A stretch of DNA of 64,000 nt from assembly GCA_024655865.1 (NCBI GenBank), contig JANLFM010000006.1:16183-80182 (forward strand), read 5' to 3'. Below, one piece after another: positions 37,952 through 47,502 of this stretch (the stretch's first letter is position 1; every line of letters starts with the position of its first letter). This DNA is from Caldisericota bacterium (GTDB lineage Bacteria > Caldisericota > JANLFM01). The notes below the pieces were generated by a model. That model made no database searches, was not told the DNA's origin, and saw nothing but the letters and a program-made list of their open reading frames with translations. The position numbers and the translations under genes are program-made.

Positions 37952-39526
37952 TTATTGAACAAGGGGAAGGAATTCTTCCCGGAAGTTTTCCAAAGCAGAT
38001 TTCACAGGCATGATCAGAGATTGCCCCAGAGGACATAGTGAGGAGTACCACAAGGCTTCTGACAGCTTGACCATTGTATTCAGATCCTCCGCTTTCCCTT
38101 TTCTCTCCAGAAGGTGTCCGGAAATGCGGTATAACTCTCGCGTCCCGGAGCGACAAGGAGAGCACTGTCCACAGGACTCGTGACGGAAGAAATAGAGTAC
38201 TGAGTGCAACATTTTTGGGATGGAGGCTTCTTGACTCATCACCAAAATAGCGCCCGACCCGAGGACGGCTTTGTACTGCTTCAAGTTATCGAAATCCATG
38301 CGCACATTGAGGAGGGATTCCGGGAGGAAAACCCCTGCTGCCCCACCCACTAAGGCTGCTTTGAACTTTTTCCCTCCTTTAATGCCCCCTCCGTAGCCAA
38401 AAATAATTTCATAAAGCGTAGTTCCCATCTCAACTTCTATCAGGCCAGGAAAGTTCACGTCGCCTAAAATGGTGTACACCTTCGTTCCGGGACAGGACTC
38501 CGTACCCATAGTGCGGAACCAATCCGCTCCTTTTCTGATAATTGCGGGAATATTCGCTAAGGTCTCCACGTTGTTGATCACGGTGGGACTGCCAAAAAGG
38601 CCTACTACTGTGGGATAAGGGGGTTTAATGCGGGGGTTGCCCCTTTTGCCCTCCAGGGATTCCATGAGCGCGGTTTCCTCTCCGCAGACATAGGCGCCGG
38701 CCCCTTCTTTGATTTCCAGATTAAAGGAGAATCCGCTGCCCAAAATGTCTTCTCCTAAGAGCCCATATTTTCGGGCATCCTCGATGGCCTTGTGCATCCT
38801 GTGCAGGGAAAGAGCATACTCCCCTCTGATGTAGATATATCCTTTCCTGGCACCCACGGCGTAGCCCGCGATGATCAATCCTTCAATCAGTTTATGGGGG
38901 TCACCCTCCAGAATCAGCCTGTCCTTGAAGGTCCCGGGCTCCCCTTCGTCAGCGTTGCAGATGATGAATTTTTCCATAGCCGAGGCCTTGCGCGCTCCCT
39001 CCCATTTAATTCCTGTGGGGAATCCGGCTCCTCCTCTTCCTCTCAGGCCGGATTTCTTGACCTCGGCAATGACCTCATCCGGGGTCAGGGAGAGGGCTTT
39101 TTCCAGAGCAGTGTAACCATCTCGCGCCAGGTACTCCTCGATTTTCTCAGGATCGATTATACCTGAGTTCTCAAGGACCACCCTCTTTTGCTCCCTCATG
39201 GGGCCTATCAGGTCCCTTCTTACTGCCCTAACAACCTCTTCTTTTATGATCAGGTCCTGAACCGGACGGCCCTTGAGGAAATGCTCCTCCACGATCCGAG
39301 GACAGTCCTCAGGTTTCACCTTCCCGTAATATATGCGCTCTGGATAGACTGCCAGAACCACGCCCAGCCCGGTAACTCCCAGGGTTCCAGTTTCCAGAAC
39401 TTTAATTTCCTCCAAGAGGCCTCTCCGGGAAATCTCCTCTTTCAGTCTTTTTAAAACCTCCCAGGCTCCTGAGGCCACGCTTTCGATATCAATCGATACC
39501 AGGACATGACTGCGAGCTAATCTCAT
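37952..39526 (-). CDS. NuoF/HoxF-like NADH-binding flavoprotein subunit
   Basis: FMN motif (GRGGAGFPTG). N3 cluster (ESCGQCSPCRSG). The N-terminal thioredoxin-like domain lacks the usual 2Fe-2S cysteines. Confidence 0.85.
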   Translation of the reverse strand: MRLARSHVLVSIDIESVASGAWEVLKRLKEEISRRGLLEEIKVLETGTLGVTGLGVVLAVYPERIYYGKVKPEDCPRIVEEHFLKGRPVQDLIIKEEVVRAVRRDLIGPMREQKRVVLENSGIIDPEKIEEYLARDGYTALEKALSLTPDEVIAEVKKSGLRGRGGAGFPTGIKWEGARKASAMEKFIICNADEGEPGTFKDRLILEGDPHKLIEGLIIAGYAVGARKGYIYIRGEYALSLHRMHKAIEDARKYGLLGEDILGSGFSFNLEIKEGAGAYVCGEETALMESLEGKRGNPRIKPPYPTVVGLFGSPTVINNVETLANIPAIIRKGADWFRTMGTESCPGTKVYTILGDVNFPGLIEVEMGTTLYEIIFGYGGGIKGGKKFKAALVGGAAGVFLPESLLNVRMDFDNLKQYKAVLGSGAILVMSQEASIPKMLHSVLYFFRHESCGQCSPCRSGTRELYRISGHLLERKGKAEDLNTMVKLSEALWYSSLCPLGQSLIMPVKSALENFREEFLPLVQ

Positions 39527-39981
39527 TTTCCCCTCCGCAAATCATTAAGGACAGAACGAACTTTCTCCGGTGTCAGGTTTCCGTAGACCTCCTCGTTGAC
39601 CATCATCGCCGGAGCTACACCGCAGACCCCGAGGCAGGAGGATAATTCCAGGGTGAAAAGGCCATCCGGGGTGGTCTCTCCCACTTTTATGCCCAAAAAG
39701 TTGCTCACCGTATCAATAATTGACTCGGCGCCCACCAGATGGCAGGGAGGGGATTCACAGATGCGGATGATGTATTTCCCCCGGGGCTTCAGGCTGAACA
39801 TGGAATAGAAAGTGGCCACACTGCTCACAAAGCTCAAGGGAAGGGAAAGGTAATTTGCCGCCAGTTTCAAATCCTCTTCCTCGAGATAGTTCTGAGGGTT
39901 GCTCCTCTGAAGAGCATGGAGCAGGGATAAGAGGTTTTCCTTTCTGGGCTCAAACCTTTTCAGGATTCTCACCTTTTCCAT
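39523..39981 (-). CDS. NuoE/HoxE-like [2Fe-2S] subunit
   Basis: Motifs CESPPCH and CLGVCGVAP. Confidence 0.8.
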   Translation of the reverse strand: MEKVRILKRFEPRKENLLSLLHALQRSNPQNYLEEEDLKLAANYLSLPLSFVSSVATFYSMFSLKPRGKYIIRICESPPCHLVGAESIIDTVSNFLGIKVGETTPDGLFTLELSSCLGVCGVAPAMMVNEEVYGNLTPEKVRSVLNDLRRGK

Positions 39982-40038
39982 AAAGGTCCCTCTTTCCCGG
40001 ATGATCTATTAACCGTTAATTGCTTTTTTCCGGTCATC

Positions 40039-43000
40039 TCAACCTCCTAAAGGAATTCTCACTTTTTCCTTTTCCAATTTTTCGCTCACGACCTCCTTGC
40101 CCCTATCGCACTTCAGGCACCTCTTCGATTCCTCAAGGGCCTCCTGAAGAAGAATCCCCTTATTCACTTCGATGAATGATTTAATTCTCTCCTCAACCAT
40201 TTCCAGAGCTGGAGTTTTCCTGGGGATCACCTTCAGGTATTCCTCCTCGTTGAAAGAGGTCTCTACCACTTCCCTCCTGGGGAAGGGGAATTTTCCTTCA
40301 TACCCGAAGTGTCTGTCAATGGAGAGGGCGGCCTTCCTTCCCTGGCCCACAGCTTCCACAACGGTCGCGGGGCCCAGCACAGCGTCACCGCCTGCGAAGA
40401 CTCCGGTTAAACTCGTCTCCAGGGTATCCTTGTCAACCTTTATCGTTCCGTCCCTATTGGTCTCCAATTCCTCAGCAAATCCTGAAAGCTCTGGCCTCTG
40501 CCCGAGGCACAGGAGCACGAAATCCGCCTCTATTTCGAATTCCGTTCCCTCTTTGGGCACCGGTCTCCTTCTTCCGCTCTTATCGAACCCCTGGAATTCC
40601 ATCTGCACGCACCTTATCTTTTCCACTCTTGTTGATCCGGTGAATTCTATGGGGTTCGTCAGGAAGTAGAATTTGATGCCTTCTTCGATGGCTTCCTCCA
40701 CTTCCGTAGCCTGCGCGGGCATTTCCTCCCTGGACCTTCTGTAGATTACGGAAACTTCGCTGGCCTTAAGCCTTAAGGCAGTTCGGGCCGCATCCATGGC
40801 GGTTGAGCCACCACCGACCACTGCCACCCTCTTCCCCTTGAGGTCCATTTTCTTCCCCAGGTTCACTTCGCGCAGGAAATCAATGCCGCCTGTAATCCCT
40901 TCCAGCTCCTCGCCTTTGACGTTTAACTTTTCTGAGCGGTGGGCCCCTATGCTGATAAAGACAGCGTCAAAGCCCATCTCCTTCAGCTCCTGAAGGCTCG
41001 AAACCGGAGAATTAAGTCTCAGCTCCACCCCTGATTCCACAATCCTGGCGATCTCCTCATTCAGGACATCCTTGGGGAGTCGGTAGTCCGGGATGCCCAC
41101 GCGCATCATTCCCCCGGGCACAGGAAGGGACTCGAACACTACGGGCCTGTAGCCCAGCCTGGTAAGGAAGTAAGCGCAGGAAAGTCCCGCAGGGCCAGCA
41201 CCGACAATGGCCACTTTTTCCTTCCTAAGTTCTAAGGGAGGGTTGAATTGCACGTCGTTTTCTCTGGCCCAATCCGCAAAGAGCCTCTTTACCTCCCTGA
41301 TAGCGATGGGTTCATCGAATTTGCCCCTCTCGCACGGTCTTTCACAGAATGCGGGACAGACCCTGGCGCACACGCTGGGGAAAGGATTGTTCTCCATGTG
41401 CACCAGGAAAGCCTCTTTGAGTCTTCCCTCCGTCATATGGGCGAGGTAGCGAGGGACATCCACACCCGCGGGACAGGCATTGGTGCAGGGGGCATAGAAA
41501 AGCGAAGCGCACACTCCGGCGCGACACTTCTTGTAAAGAACGTGTTCCAGAAACTCTTCAGGGAAATATTTTAAACCGGTAAGGACCGGGTTGGGGGCTG
41601 TCTGCCCCAGAGCGCACATAGAGGAGCTCTTTATCTGTTTTCCCAGTTTTTCCAAAAGAGTTAGGTCCTCCAGCGTGCCCTGCCCGTTCGTGATTCTGTC
41701 GAGAATGCTGTACATTTGCTTCAGGCCCACCCTGCAGGGGGTGCACTGGCCACAGGATTCCGACATCGTGAACTCCACGAAGAACTTGGCCATGTTCACC
41801 ATACAGTTGTCCTCGTCGAGGACGATCATTCCTGCAGAGCCGATTATGGAACCCGTCTTCTCTATTTCCTTATAATCCACAGGCAGGTTCAAAAATTCGC
41901 TCGTGATGTAACCGCCTGAAGGGCCACCCATCTGGATGGCCTTGAATCTTTTCCCTTTGGGGATCCCGCCGCCAATATCGAAGATTACCTCCCCCAGAGT
42001 CAATCCGAAGGGAACCTCAATCAAACCGGTATTGTTCACCTTTCCTGAGAGCGCGAAGAGTTTAGTGCCCTTGCTGTTCTCCGTGCCCATGGAGGCGAAC
42101 CACTCTCCCCCGTTTAAAATGATGTGCCTGATGTTGGCCAGAGTTTCCACGTTGTTGACCAGCGTGGGTTTTCCCCAAACACCCTTCTGGGCAGGATATG
42201 GAGGCTTGAAGCGCGGCGTGCCTCTTTTCCCCTCAAGGGAATTTAAAAGAGCGGTTTCCTCTCCAGCGACGAATGCTCCGGCTCCCATTCTCAGCTCTAT
42301 ATCAAAATCAAACCCTGTCTCTAAGATGTTTTTCCCCAGTAAACCGTATTTCCTTGCCTGTTCCAGGGCAATTTCCAGCCTCTTGATGGCCAGAGGATAC
42401 TCGGCGCGGATGTAGATATATCCGTGGTGGGCGCCTATGGTGTAGCCGGCAATAATCATCCCTTCGATTACCGCATGAGGATCGCCTTCGAGGATTGCCC
42501 TGTCTTTGAAAGCCCCAGGGTCTCCTTCATCGGCATTGCAGACGACGTATTTTTCATCGCCCTTCGCTTCCCGTGTGAATTTCCATTTCAGGCCCGTGGG
42601 AAAACCGGCGCCTCCTCTTCCTACTAATTTCGACTTGATCAGTTCCTCGATCACCTTTTCAGGCGTCATCTCTGACATGACTTTGGCTAAGGCCTCGTAC
42701 CCTCCGTAGGCGATATACTCCTCGATGTTTTCCGGGTCGATTCTGCCGCAGTTTTTAAGGACAACCTTCTCTTGCTTTTCGAAGAAGGGGATCTTCTTTT
42801 TTTCCTCGACGATCTTCGCGGCCTCAGGGGCAGTCCATAAAAGCCTTTTTACGGGTCTTCCCTTGAGGAAGTGCTCTTCAACTATTTGGGGAATGTCCTC
42901 GTCCTTGAGCTTTACGTAAAAGGAACCCTCGGGGTAGACAATCATCACTGGGCCCAGCTGACAGGGACCCATGCACCCGGTTCCCACTATGTTGACTTCC

Positions 43001-43113
43001 TCTTGAAGTTGCCTCCTCTCTAATTCCTCCTCCAGCTTCTTCTTGAACTCCAGGCTGTGCGAGGAGAGGCAGTTTGCTCCCGTACAGATGAGAACGTCCA
43101 GTCTTTTCCTCAT
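40039..43113 (-). CDS. NuoF-like flavoprotein fused to a 2x[4Fe-4S] ferredoxin and a GltD/SudA-like NAD(P)H FAD oxidoreductase (1024 aa)
   Basis: N-terminal thioredoxin-like 2Fe-2S (CTGANC..GCMGPC). FMN motif (GRGGAGFPTG) and N3 cluster (ESCGQCTPCRVG). Two Cys4 clusters follow. Then come Rossmann motifs (VAIVGAGPAGLSCAY and VAVVGGGSTAMDAA). Confidence 0.8.
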   Translation of the reverse strand: MRKRLDVLICTGANCLSSHSLEFKKKLEEELERRQLQEEVNIVGTGCMGPCQLGPVMIVYPEGSFYVKLKDEDIPQIVEEHFLKGRPVKRLLWTAPEAAKIVEEKKKIPFFEKQEKVVLKNCGRIDPENIEEYIAYGGYEALAKVMSEMTPEKVIEELIKSKLVGRGGAGFPTGLKWKFTREAKGDEKYVVCNADEGDPGAFKDRAILEGDPHAVIEGMIIAGYTIGAHHGYIYIRAEYPLAIKRLEIALEQARKYGLLGKNILETGFDFDIELRMGAGAFVAGEETALLNSLEGKRGTPRFKPPYPAQKGVWGKPTLVNNVETLANIRHIILNGGEWFASMGTENSKGTKLFALSGKVNNTGLIEVPFGLTLGEVIFDIGGGIPKGKRFKAIQMGGPSGGYITSEFLNLPVDYKEIEKTGSIIGSAGMIVLDEDNCMVNMAKFFVEFTMSESCGQCTPCRVGLKQMYSILDRITNGQGTLEDLTLLEKLGKQIKSSSMCALGQTAPNPVLTGLKYFPEEFLEHVLYKKCRAGVCASLFYAPCTNACPAGVDVPRYLAHMTEGRLKEAFLVHMENNPFPSVCARVCPAFCERPCERGKFDEPIAIREVKRLFADWARENDVQFNPPLELRKEKVAIVGAGPAGLSCAYFLTRLGYRPVVFESLPVPGGMMRVGIPDYRLPKDVLNEEIARIVESGVELRLNSPVSSLQELKEMGFDAVFISIGAHRSEKLNVKGEELEGITGGIDFLREVNLGKKMDLKGKRVAVVGGGSTAMDAARTALRLKASEVSVIYRRSREEMPAQATEVEEAIEEGIKFYFLTNPIEFTGSTRVEKIRCVQMEFQGFDKSGRRRPVPKEGTEFEIEADFVLLCLGQRPELSGFAEELETNRDGTIKVDKDTLETSLTGVFAGGDAVLGPATVVEAVGQGRKAALSIDRHFGYEGKFPFPRREVVETSFNEEEYLKVIPRKTPALEMVEERIKSFIEVNKGILLQEALEESKRCLKCDRGKEVVSEKLEKEKVRIPLGG

Positions 43114-43124
43114 TATTGGGCTCC

Positions 43125-43487
43125 TTATTCTTCAACCTGAATTACGTACTCGGAGACCACCACCCCATTCACTATGTGTTCTGCCACTATCCTTTTCGCC
43201 ACTTCCGGCGTAACCATTCCATAGACTATCCCGGGTTTTCCAGACTCCTCCACGATCACCACCGGTTCCTGGGAAGCCAGCCCTTTTTCTCCGGTCTGCG
43301 TCACGAGGACGTCTGTGAGATTTCTATTTTCAATTTCCGACAAAAAGGCCCTTAAGGTCTCCCTTGCTCCGGCCGCAATGCCGCTGGTTCCCATTCCAAT
43401 GATGATTTTTATTCTTGCTTTTCCCTCTCTCAGGCTCAGTTCCTGTTGAACCCTTTCTCTTATTTTTCTCAGCTCTTCCAGCTTCAT
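43125..43487 (-). CDS. HndB-like thioredoxin-fold protein, cysteine-free
   Basis: 120 aa with the fold of a NuoF N-terminal domain (..IIIGMGTSGIAAG..) and no Cys. It sits between the NuoE-like and NuoF-like genes as HndB does in Hnd operons. Confidence 0.55.
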   Translation of the reverse strand: MKLEELRKIRERVQQELSLREGKARIKIIIGMGTSGIAAGARETLRAFLSEIENRNLTDVLVTQTGEKGLASQEPVVIVEESGKPGIVYGMVTPEVAKRIVAEHIVNGVVVSEYVIQVEE

Positions 43488-43552
43488 TCTCCATCCTCCG
43501 TATTTTTATTTTTTATCTTGTAAGTTTTGAGGGATCAGATCAAAGGTAAGGC

Positions 43553-44086
43553 TCAGCGATCGAGCTCCCTTTCCCGGATCCCCTTTATGACATTGACCAC
43601 CTTGAGGGGAGTCAACCTGCCGTAAATCTCCTCGTTAACCATCATGGTTGGGGCTAAACCACAGGCACCAAAACAGCGAGCAGTAGACAGGGTGAAGAGC
43701 CTGTCCTCCGTGGTCTCCCCTACATCGATCTTGAGCTCCTTACAGACGGCCTTCAAAACGTCAGCCGCTCCCTTTACGTGACAGGCAGTCCCCAGGCAGA
43801 GGTTTATGACGTACTTCCCTACGGGCTGTGTGCGGAAAAAATGGTAAAACGTGATCACTCCCAGGATCTGGGATGGGGGAACATGCAGCTCTCTGGAAAT
43901 GAAATATTGCACTTCCCTGGGAAGGTATCCAAAAAGTGACTGGGCTTTATAGAGAACGTTGAGCAAGGCGCCTTTAGAGTTTTTGTGTTCCGCTATGAAT
44001 TCCCTCAGTTCCTGGTACTGCTCGTTCTCAGGAATAACAATCTGCTCGTTCATTGAAACCTCCTGTTCAGTTGAGGGCTTTTTCAA
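43553..44086 (-). CDS. NuoE/HndA-like [2Fe-2S] subunit
   Basis: Motifs CLGTACHVKG and CFGACGLAP. Confidence 0.8.
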   Translation of the reverse strand: MKKPSTEQEVSMNEQIVIPENEQYQELREFIAEHKNSKGALLNVLYKAQSLFGYLPREVQYFISRELHVPPSQILGVITFYHFFRTQPVGKYVINLCLGTACHVKGAADVLKAVCKELKIDVGETTEDRLFTLSTARCFGACGLAPTMMVNEEIYGRLTPLKVVNVIKGIRERELDR

Positions 44087-44165
44087 TTAGCCAATATTTT
44101 ATCAAATATTTTACTCAGGATTACTTTATTTAAAATGCTTCCTGAATTCAAGGCAAATATTTTTC

Positions 44166-44726
44166 TTAATCTTGTTCAGGAAAGATCCTCTCCAGCTCCT
44201 TTACTTTCTCATTTATGAATTCTCTCAAAAACTTAATCACCGAGGGATGAGAAAGGGGCACATCATTTAAAATCGCTTTTATTTCTCGAGTGTCCAGAAC
44301 CAGTTCCCTTCCGTTTTTTAAATAGCGGAAAAGGATGTCCGCTCTTTCTGAAGCGTAAACCAGGGCCAGTATGGTCCCGCGCAAATCCCCCAGCGGGGGA
44401 AGGTCAATATGGCTGCGCGGAAATTGTGCTTTTATCCTCGTGCCTTTCCCGGCCTGGGATTTGACCTTTAAATCACCTCCGGTGGAGAGGGCCGTCTGCT
44501 TCAAAAGGGGAATTCCCAGGCCCACTTTCTTTCCGGACTTGGTGGTGAAAAAGGGATCTTCCACCATTTTCAGAGTCTCTTCATCCATACCCCGGCCGTT
44601 ATCTTCCACCGTGATCTCCAGAAGATCCTCCTTGATTCGTTCTCTGATCTCTACGGAGATCAAGCTGGCTCCTGCGCTAATCGAGTTCTGCACAATATCC
44701 AGAACGTGGAGAAGGAGTTCATCCAT
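44166..44726 (-). CDS. Stand-alone HATPase_c (histidine-kinase-like ATPase) protein
   Basis: N box (ITVEDNGRGMD) and G box (GLGIPL) with no HisKA or sensor domain. Part of the putative sensory [FeFe]-hydrogenase module. Confidence 0.6.
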   Translation of the reverse strand: MDELLLHVLDIVQNSISAGASLISVEIRERIKEDLLEITVEDNGRGMDEETLKMVEDPFFTTKSGKKVGLGIPLLKQTALSTGGDLKVKSQAGKGTRIKAQFPRSHIDLPPLGDLRGTILALVYASERADILFRYLKNGRELVLDTREIKAILNDVPLSHPSVIKFLREFINEKVKELERIFPEQD

Positions 44727-45510
44727 TTCCTAAGGGTTCCCTCCCGATTTCTAAGCGGATTATCCCTCTTCCCCCTTTCCCCTCCAGAGCGTACCTCAAT
44801 TCTTCAAGGGTGGGGCTTTCCATCTGGAGTACCGTTACCGCCCTGCCGATTTCCTCGGGATAGTGGGCATCGGAAAAGGATACCAGAGGATACCCCAAGA
44901 GGTCGCGCGCTGAGGGATTCTTTTTCAAAAAGGCGTGGGAGACCTCAAGGGCAGGAAAGTGCAGTTCAGGAGGGATAAATCCCAACTGCCCGGCAAGGCT
45001 GAAGTGAAAGGAGTCCACATGTGCGGGAATAACCAGTCCTCCCATTTTTGTAACAAGGCGCGAGAGGCCCTCCAAAGAAATCGCCACGGAGTTCAGAAGA
45101 AGCTTCTCCTCAAAATAGATCACGTTTTCCTCCTCGTCCACGGCCACCTGGTCTCCAAAGTGCTGAGGGTCGTTCTTCACCTGCGGGAGACGGTCGTAAA
45201 TTTCCTTTCCAAAAAGTTCAAAGGAGGAGGGGTCATCAAAATAAACGAGGAGGTGCGCCTCCTCCTGAGTTTGCACTTCTATTCCATAAAAGAAGGGCAG
45301 GCTCCTCTTCCGCGCCATTTTTCCCAGCGTTACGCTGTTTAAAGTTGCGTTGTGGTCTGTGATGGCCACTAAATTTATCCCCATTCCCACTACACTTTCC
45401 AGGATGCGCGAGGGGGACATTTTCAGGCTTCCGCAGGGGGAAAGCGTGGAGTGGATATGAAGGTCAGCGCGGAATTTTTCCACCTTGAAGCAACTGGAAA
45501 ATTTTTCCAC
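44719..45510 (-). CDS. PHP-domain phosphoesterase
   Basis: 'ADLHIHSTLSPCGS' matches the N-terminal PHP metal-binding motif. Confidence 0.7.
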   Translation of the reverse strand: MEKFSSCFKVEKFRADLHIHSTLSPCGSLKMSPSRILESVVGMGINLVAITDHNATLNSVTLGKMARKRSLPFFYGIEVQTQEEAHLLVYFDDPSSFELFGKEIYDRLPQVKNDPQHFGDQVAVDEEENVIYFEEKLLLNSVAISLEGLSRLVTKMGGLVIPAHVDSFHFSLAGQLGFIPPELHFPALEVSHAFLKKNPSARDLLGYPLVSFSDAHYPEEIGRAVTVLQMESPTLEELRYALEGKGGRGIIRLEIGREPLGNG

Positions 45511-45811
45511 TCAGGGTAAAGGCATCATCCGGACTTCCTAAAAGCCAGATCCCCTCTTCCTCAGCTTTCTTCATCACATCCTCTTCCGGAAGTAGCTCCT
45601 GAGCGATGATTATTGCGGGAATTTCCTTAAGCGCTGCTACGGCCACGATGTTCACGTGCCTTTGCACGGTAATCCACAGGGCCCCAGAAGGAGCGGAACC
45701 AATCACCAGGGAAAGGAGGTCCCCAGTATATCCCTTATCTATGGAAGCTTCTTTCCCGGTGGCATACACCTTTAAATTTAAATGGTCGATTATTTCTTTA
45801 ATACTCACCAT
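45464..45811 (-). CDS. DRTGG-domain protein
   Basis: 'YTGDLLS' lies in a roughly 110-aa stand-alone DRTGG-like fold. Confidence 0.55.
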   Translation of the reverse strand: MVSIKEIIDHLNLKVYATGKEASIDKGYTGDLLSLVIGSAPSGALWITVQRHVNIVAVAALKEIPAIIIAQELLPEEDVMKKAEEEGIWLLGSPDDAFTLSGKIFQLLQGGKIPR

Positions 45812-45863
45812 TTTCAGCTACACCTCGCTTCTAATTTAGCCCGGGGGCAAACTAACCCTTCTT

Positions 45864-47075
45864 TTAGAGGAAGATGCAGTCCTCAAGAGAAGCTTCGCCC
45901 TTGGCAACGTCCTCTGCCAGTGCCCTGCAAGTGGGAGCACCACATGACCCGCAGTCTATTTTGGGAAGTTTCTCGTAGAACTTATCAATCATCTTCAGGA
46001 GCTTGGCGGCGGCTTCCATATTTTCGGAGAGAAAGTACTGCGGTCTTGGTTGGATGGGCATAGTTAAATAGAGAAAATCCGCCATATCCTCCCTGGAAAG
46101 AGGGGAAATCGCATTTTCCCTCTTTCGCTCTTCCTGCTCCAGACGGTAAAGGTTCAAAAAGGAGTCCCTCTCAGGGAGGAGGATGCCCCCCACGCACCCA
46201 TTGGGACAGGAGCGGCCTTCAATCAGGTCAAGGGCGGGCACCTTTTCCATCTCGAGCTCTTTTAAAAATCTGACCACGTTGGTGATCCCGTCAATCGCCA
46301 GCACCCTTAAGGGAGAGAGGAATTCCTTTTCCCCGCCAATTCTGCCAATGGCTACCCCGCTCGGACCCGAAAGGTGTACTTTCCCCGAGGTAGTCTCATT
46401 GACCCTGAGGATTTCCCGATAGAGGATATTCGCTGCGATCACACCATCGTAAGGGGATTTCTCGATCCCCTGGGGGTTCCTGATGGCAGTAATTTTGGCG
46501 GGGCAGGGTGCAAGATAGAAAAGCCCCGAATTTTTTCCTAACTTACGCCTGACTGTGGCCCCCAAAATGTCCCTGGGAGTATTCAAGGGGGAAAGATGTG
46601 AGAGCAGATCAGGAAACCTGACCTGCATCAGCCTGATCACGGCCGGGCAGGCGACGGAAATCAAAGGTTTCTTCACATTCCCCTTTGTCAGGATGCGGCG
46701 CGTTTCCTCTAAATAGGCTTCCTCGCCTATCCCCTCCTCGTAGACCTCCTGGAACCCCAGGGCAAAGATTCGGCCCATTACTTCGGATGTGCTTAATCCC
46801 AGGAAATCCAGGGAGAGAAAGGCGGGAGGAATCACCAGCACTCTGTATTCGTAGTGAGAGAGAACCGAAAGGTCATCGGTTAAAACCTCGTTCGCTCCCC
46901 AGGGGCAGAAGCGCACGCAATCGCCGCAATCAATGCACTTTAAATCCTTGATTTGAGCTAAACGGTTTCTCACCCTGATGGCCTCTGTGGGACAATTGCG
47001 CAGGCAATGGGTACAGCCCTTGCACACGTCCTCCTTTATGCGCAGTGAATGGAAATAAAGGTTAAACGCTGGCAT
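45864..47075 (-). CDS. [FeFe]-hydrogenase-like protein, putative sensory HydS-type (2x[4Fe-4S] + H-domain)
   Basis: N-terminus has CKGCTHCLRNCP and CIDCGDCVRFCP. The H-cluster motifs are variant. L1 is 'SVACPAV', where the first Cys of TSCCP is replaced by Ala. L2 is 'APCPAK' (PCxxK). L3 is 'EGRSCPNGCVGG'. An extra C-terminal CGSCGAPTC motif is present. Confidence 0.75.
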   Translation of the reverse strand: MPAFNLYFHSLRIKEDVCKGCTHCLRNCPTEAIRVRNRLAQIKDLKCIDCGDCVRFCPWGANEVLTDDLSVLSHYEYRVLVIPPAFLSLDFLGLSTSEVMGRIFALGFQEVYEEGIGEEAYLEETRRILTKGNVKKPLISVACPAVIRLMQVRFPDLLSHLSPLNTPRDILGATVRRKLGKNSGLFYLAPCPAKITAIRNPQGIEKSPYDGVIAANILYREILRVNETTSGKVHLSGPSGVAIGRIGGEKEFLSPLRVLAIDGITNVVRFLKELEMEKVPALDLIEGRSCPNGCVGGILLPERDSFLNLYRLEQEERKRENAISPLSREDMADFLYLTMPIQPRPQYFLSENMEAAAKLLKMIDKFYEKLPKIDCGSCGAPTCRALAEDVAKGEASLEDCIFL

Positions 47076-47502
47076 TGGGAATATCTATTTCAAAAATCAC
47101 TTTCGTGCCCTTTCCGGGGTGGCTCTCAATAAGCAATCGGTCGGCATTTTTCTTGATATTGGGTAAGCCCATCCCTGATCCAAAACCCATTTCCCGAATC
47201 TCCGGAGGAGCAGTGGAGTATCCCTCCTTCATGGCTAACTCCACGTCCTCGATCCCTGGTCCGCGGTCCGTGGCGGTAACCCTGATCATTTTCGGATAGA
47301 CTTCAAGTAAGAGCTCTCCTTTTTCCGTATACACGATGATGTTCATTTCCGCTTCGTATGAGGCGATGGCTGTCCTTTTTATAACCTGGGGATTGATCCC
47401 CATGCGCTTTAAAGCCTCCTTTATGTCTGAAGAAGCCTCACCCCCGTGCTCAAAGTCTCGCCCCTGAATCTGGTATGTGTGGCTGTAAAGCAGGTCGTTC
47501 AA
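47062..47502 (-). CDS. RsbW-like HATPase_c serine kinase / anti-sigma-type ATPase
   Basis: 146 aa with N box (ATDRGPGIED) and G box (GFGSGMGL). Confidence 0.65.
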   Translation of the reverse strand: MNDLLYSHTYQIQGRDFEHGGEASSDIKEALKRMGINPQVIKRTAIASYEAEMNIIVYTEKGELLLEVYPKMIRVTATDRGPGIEDVELAMKEGYSTAPPEIREMGFGSGMGLPNIKKNADRLLIESHPGKGTKVIFEIDIPNASV

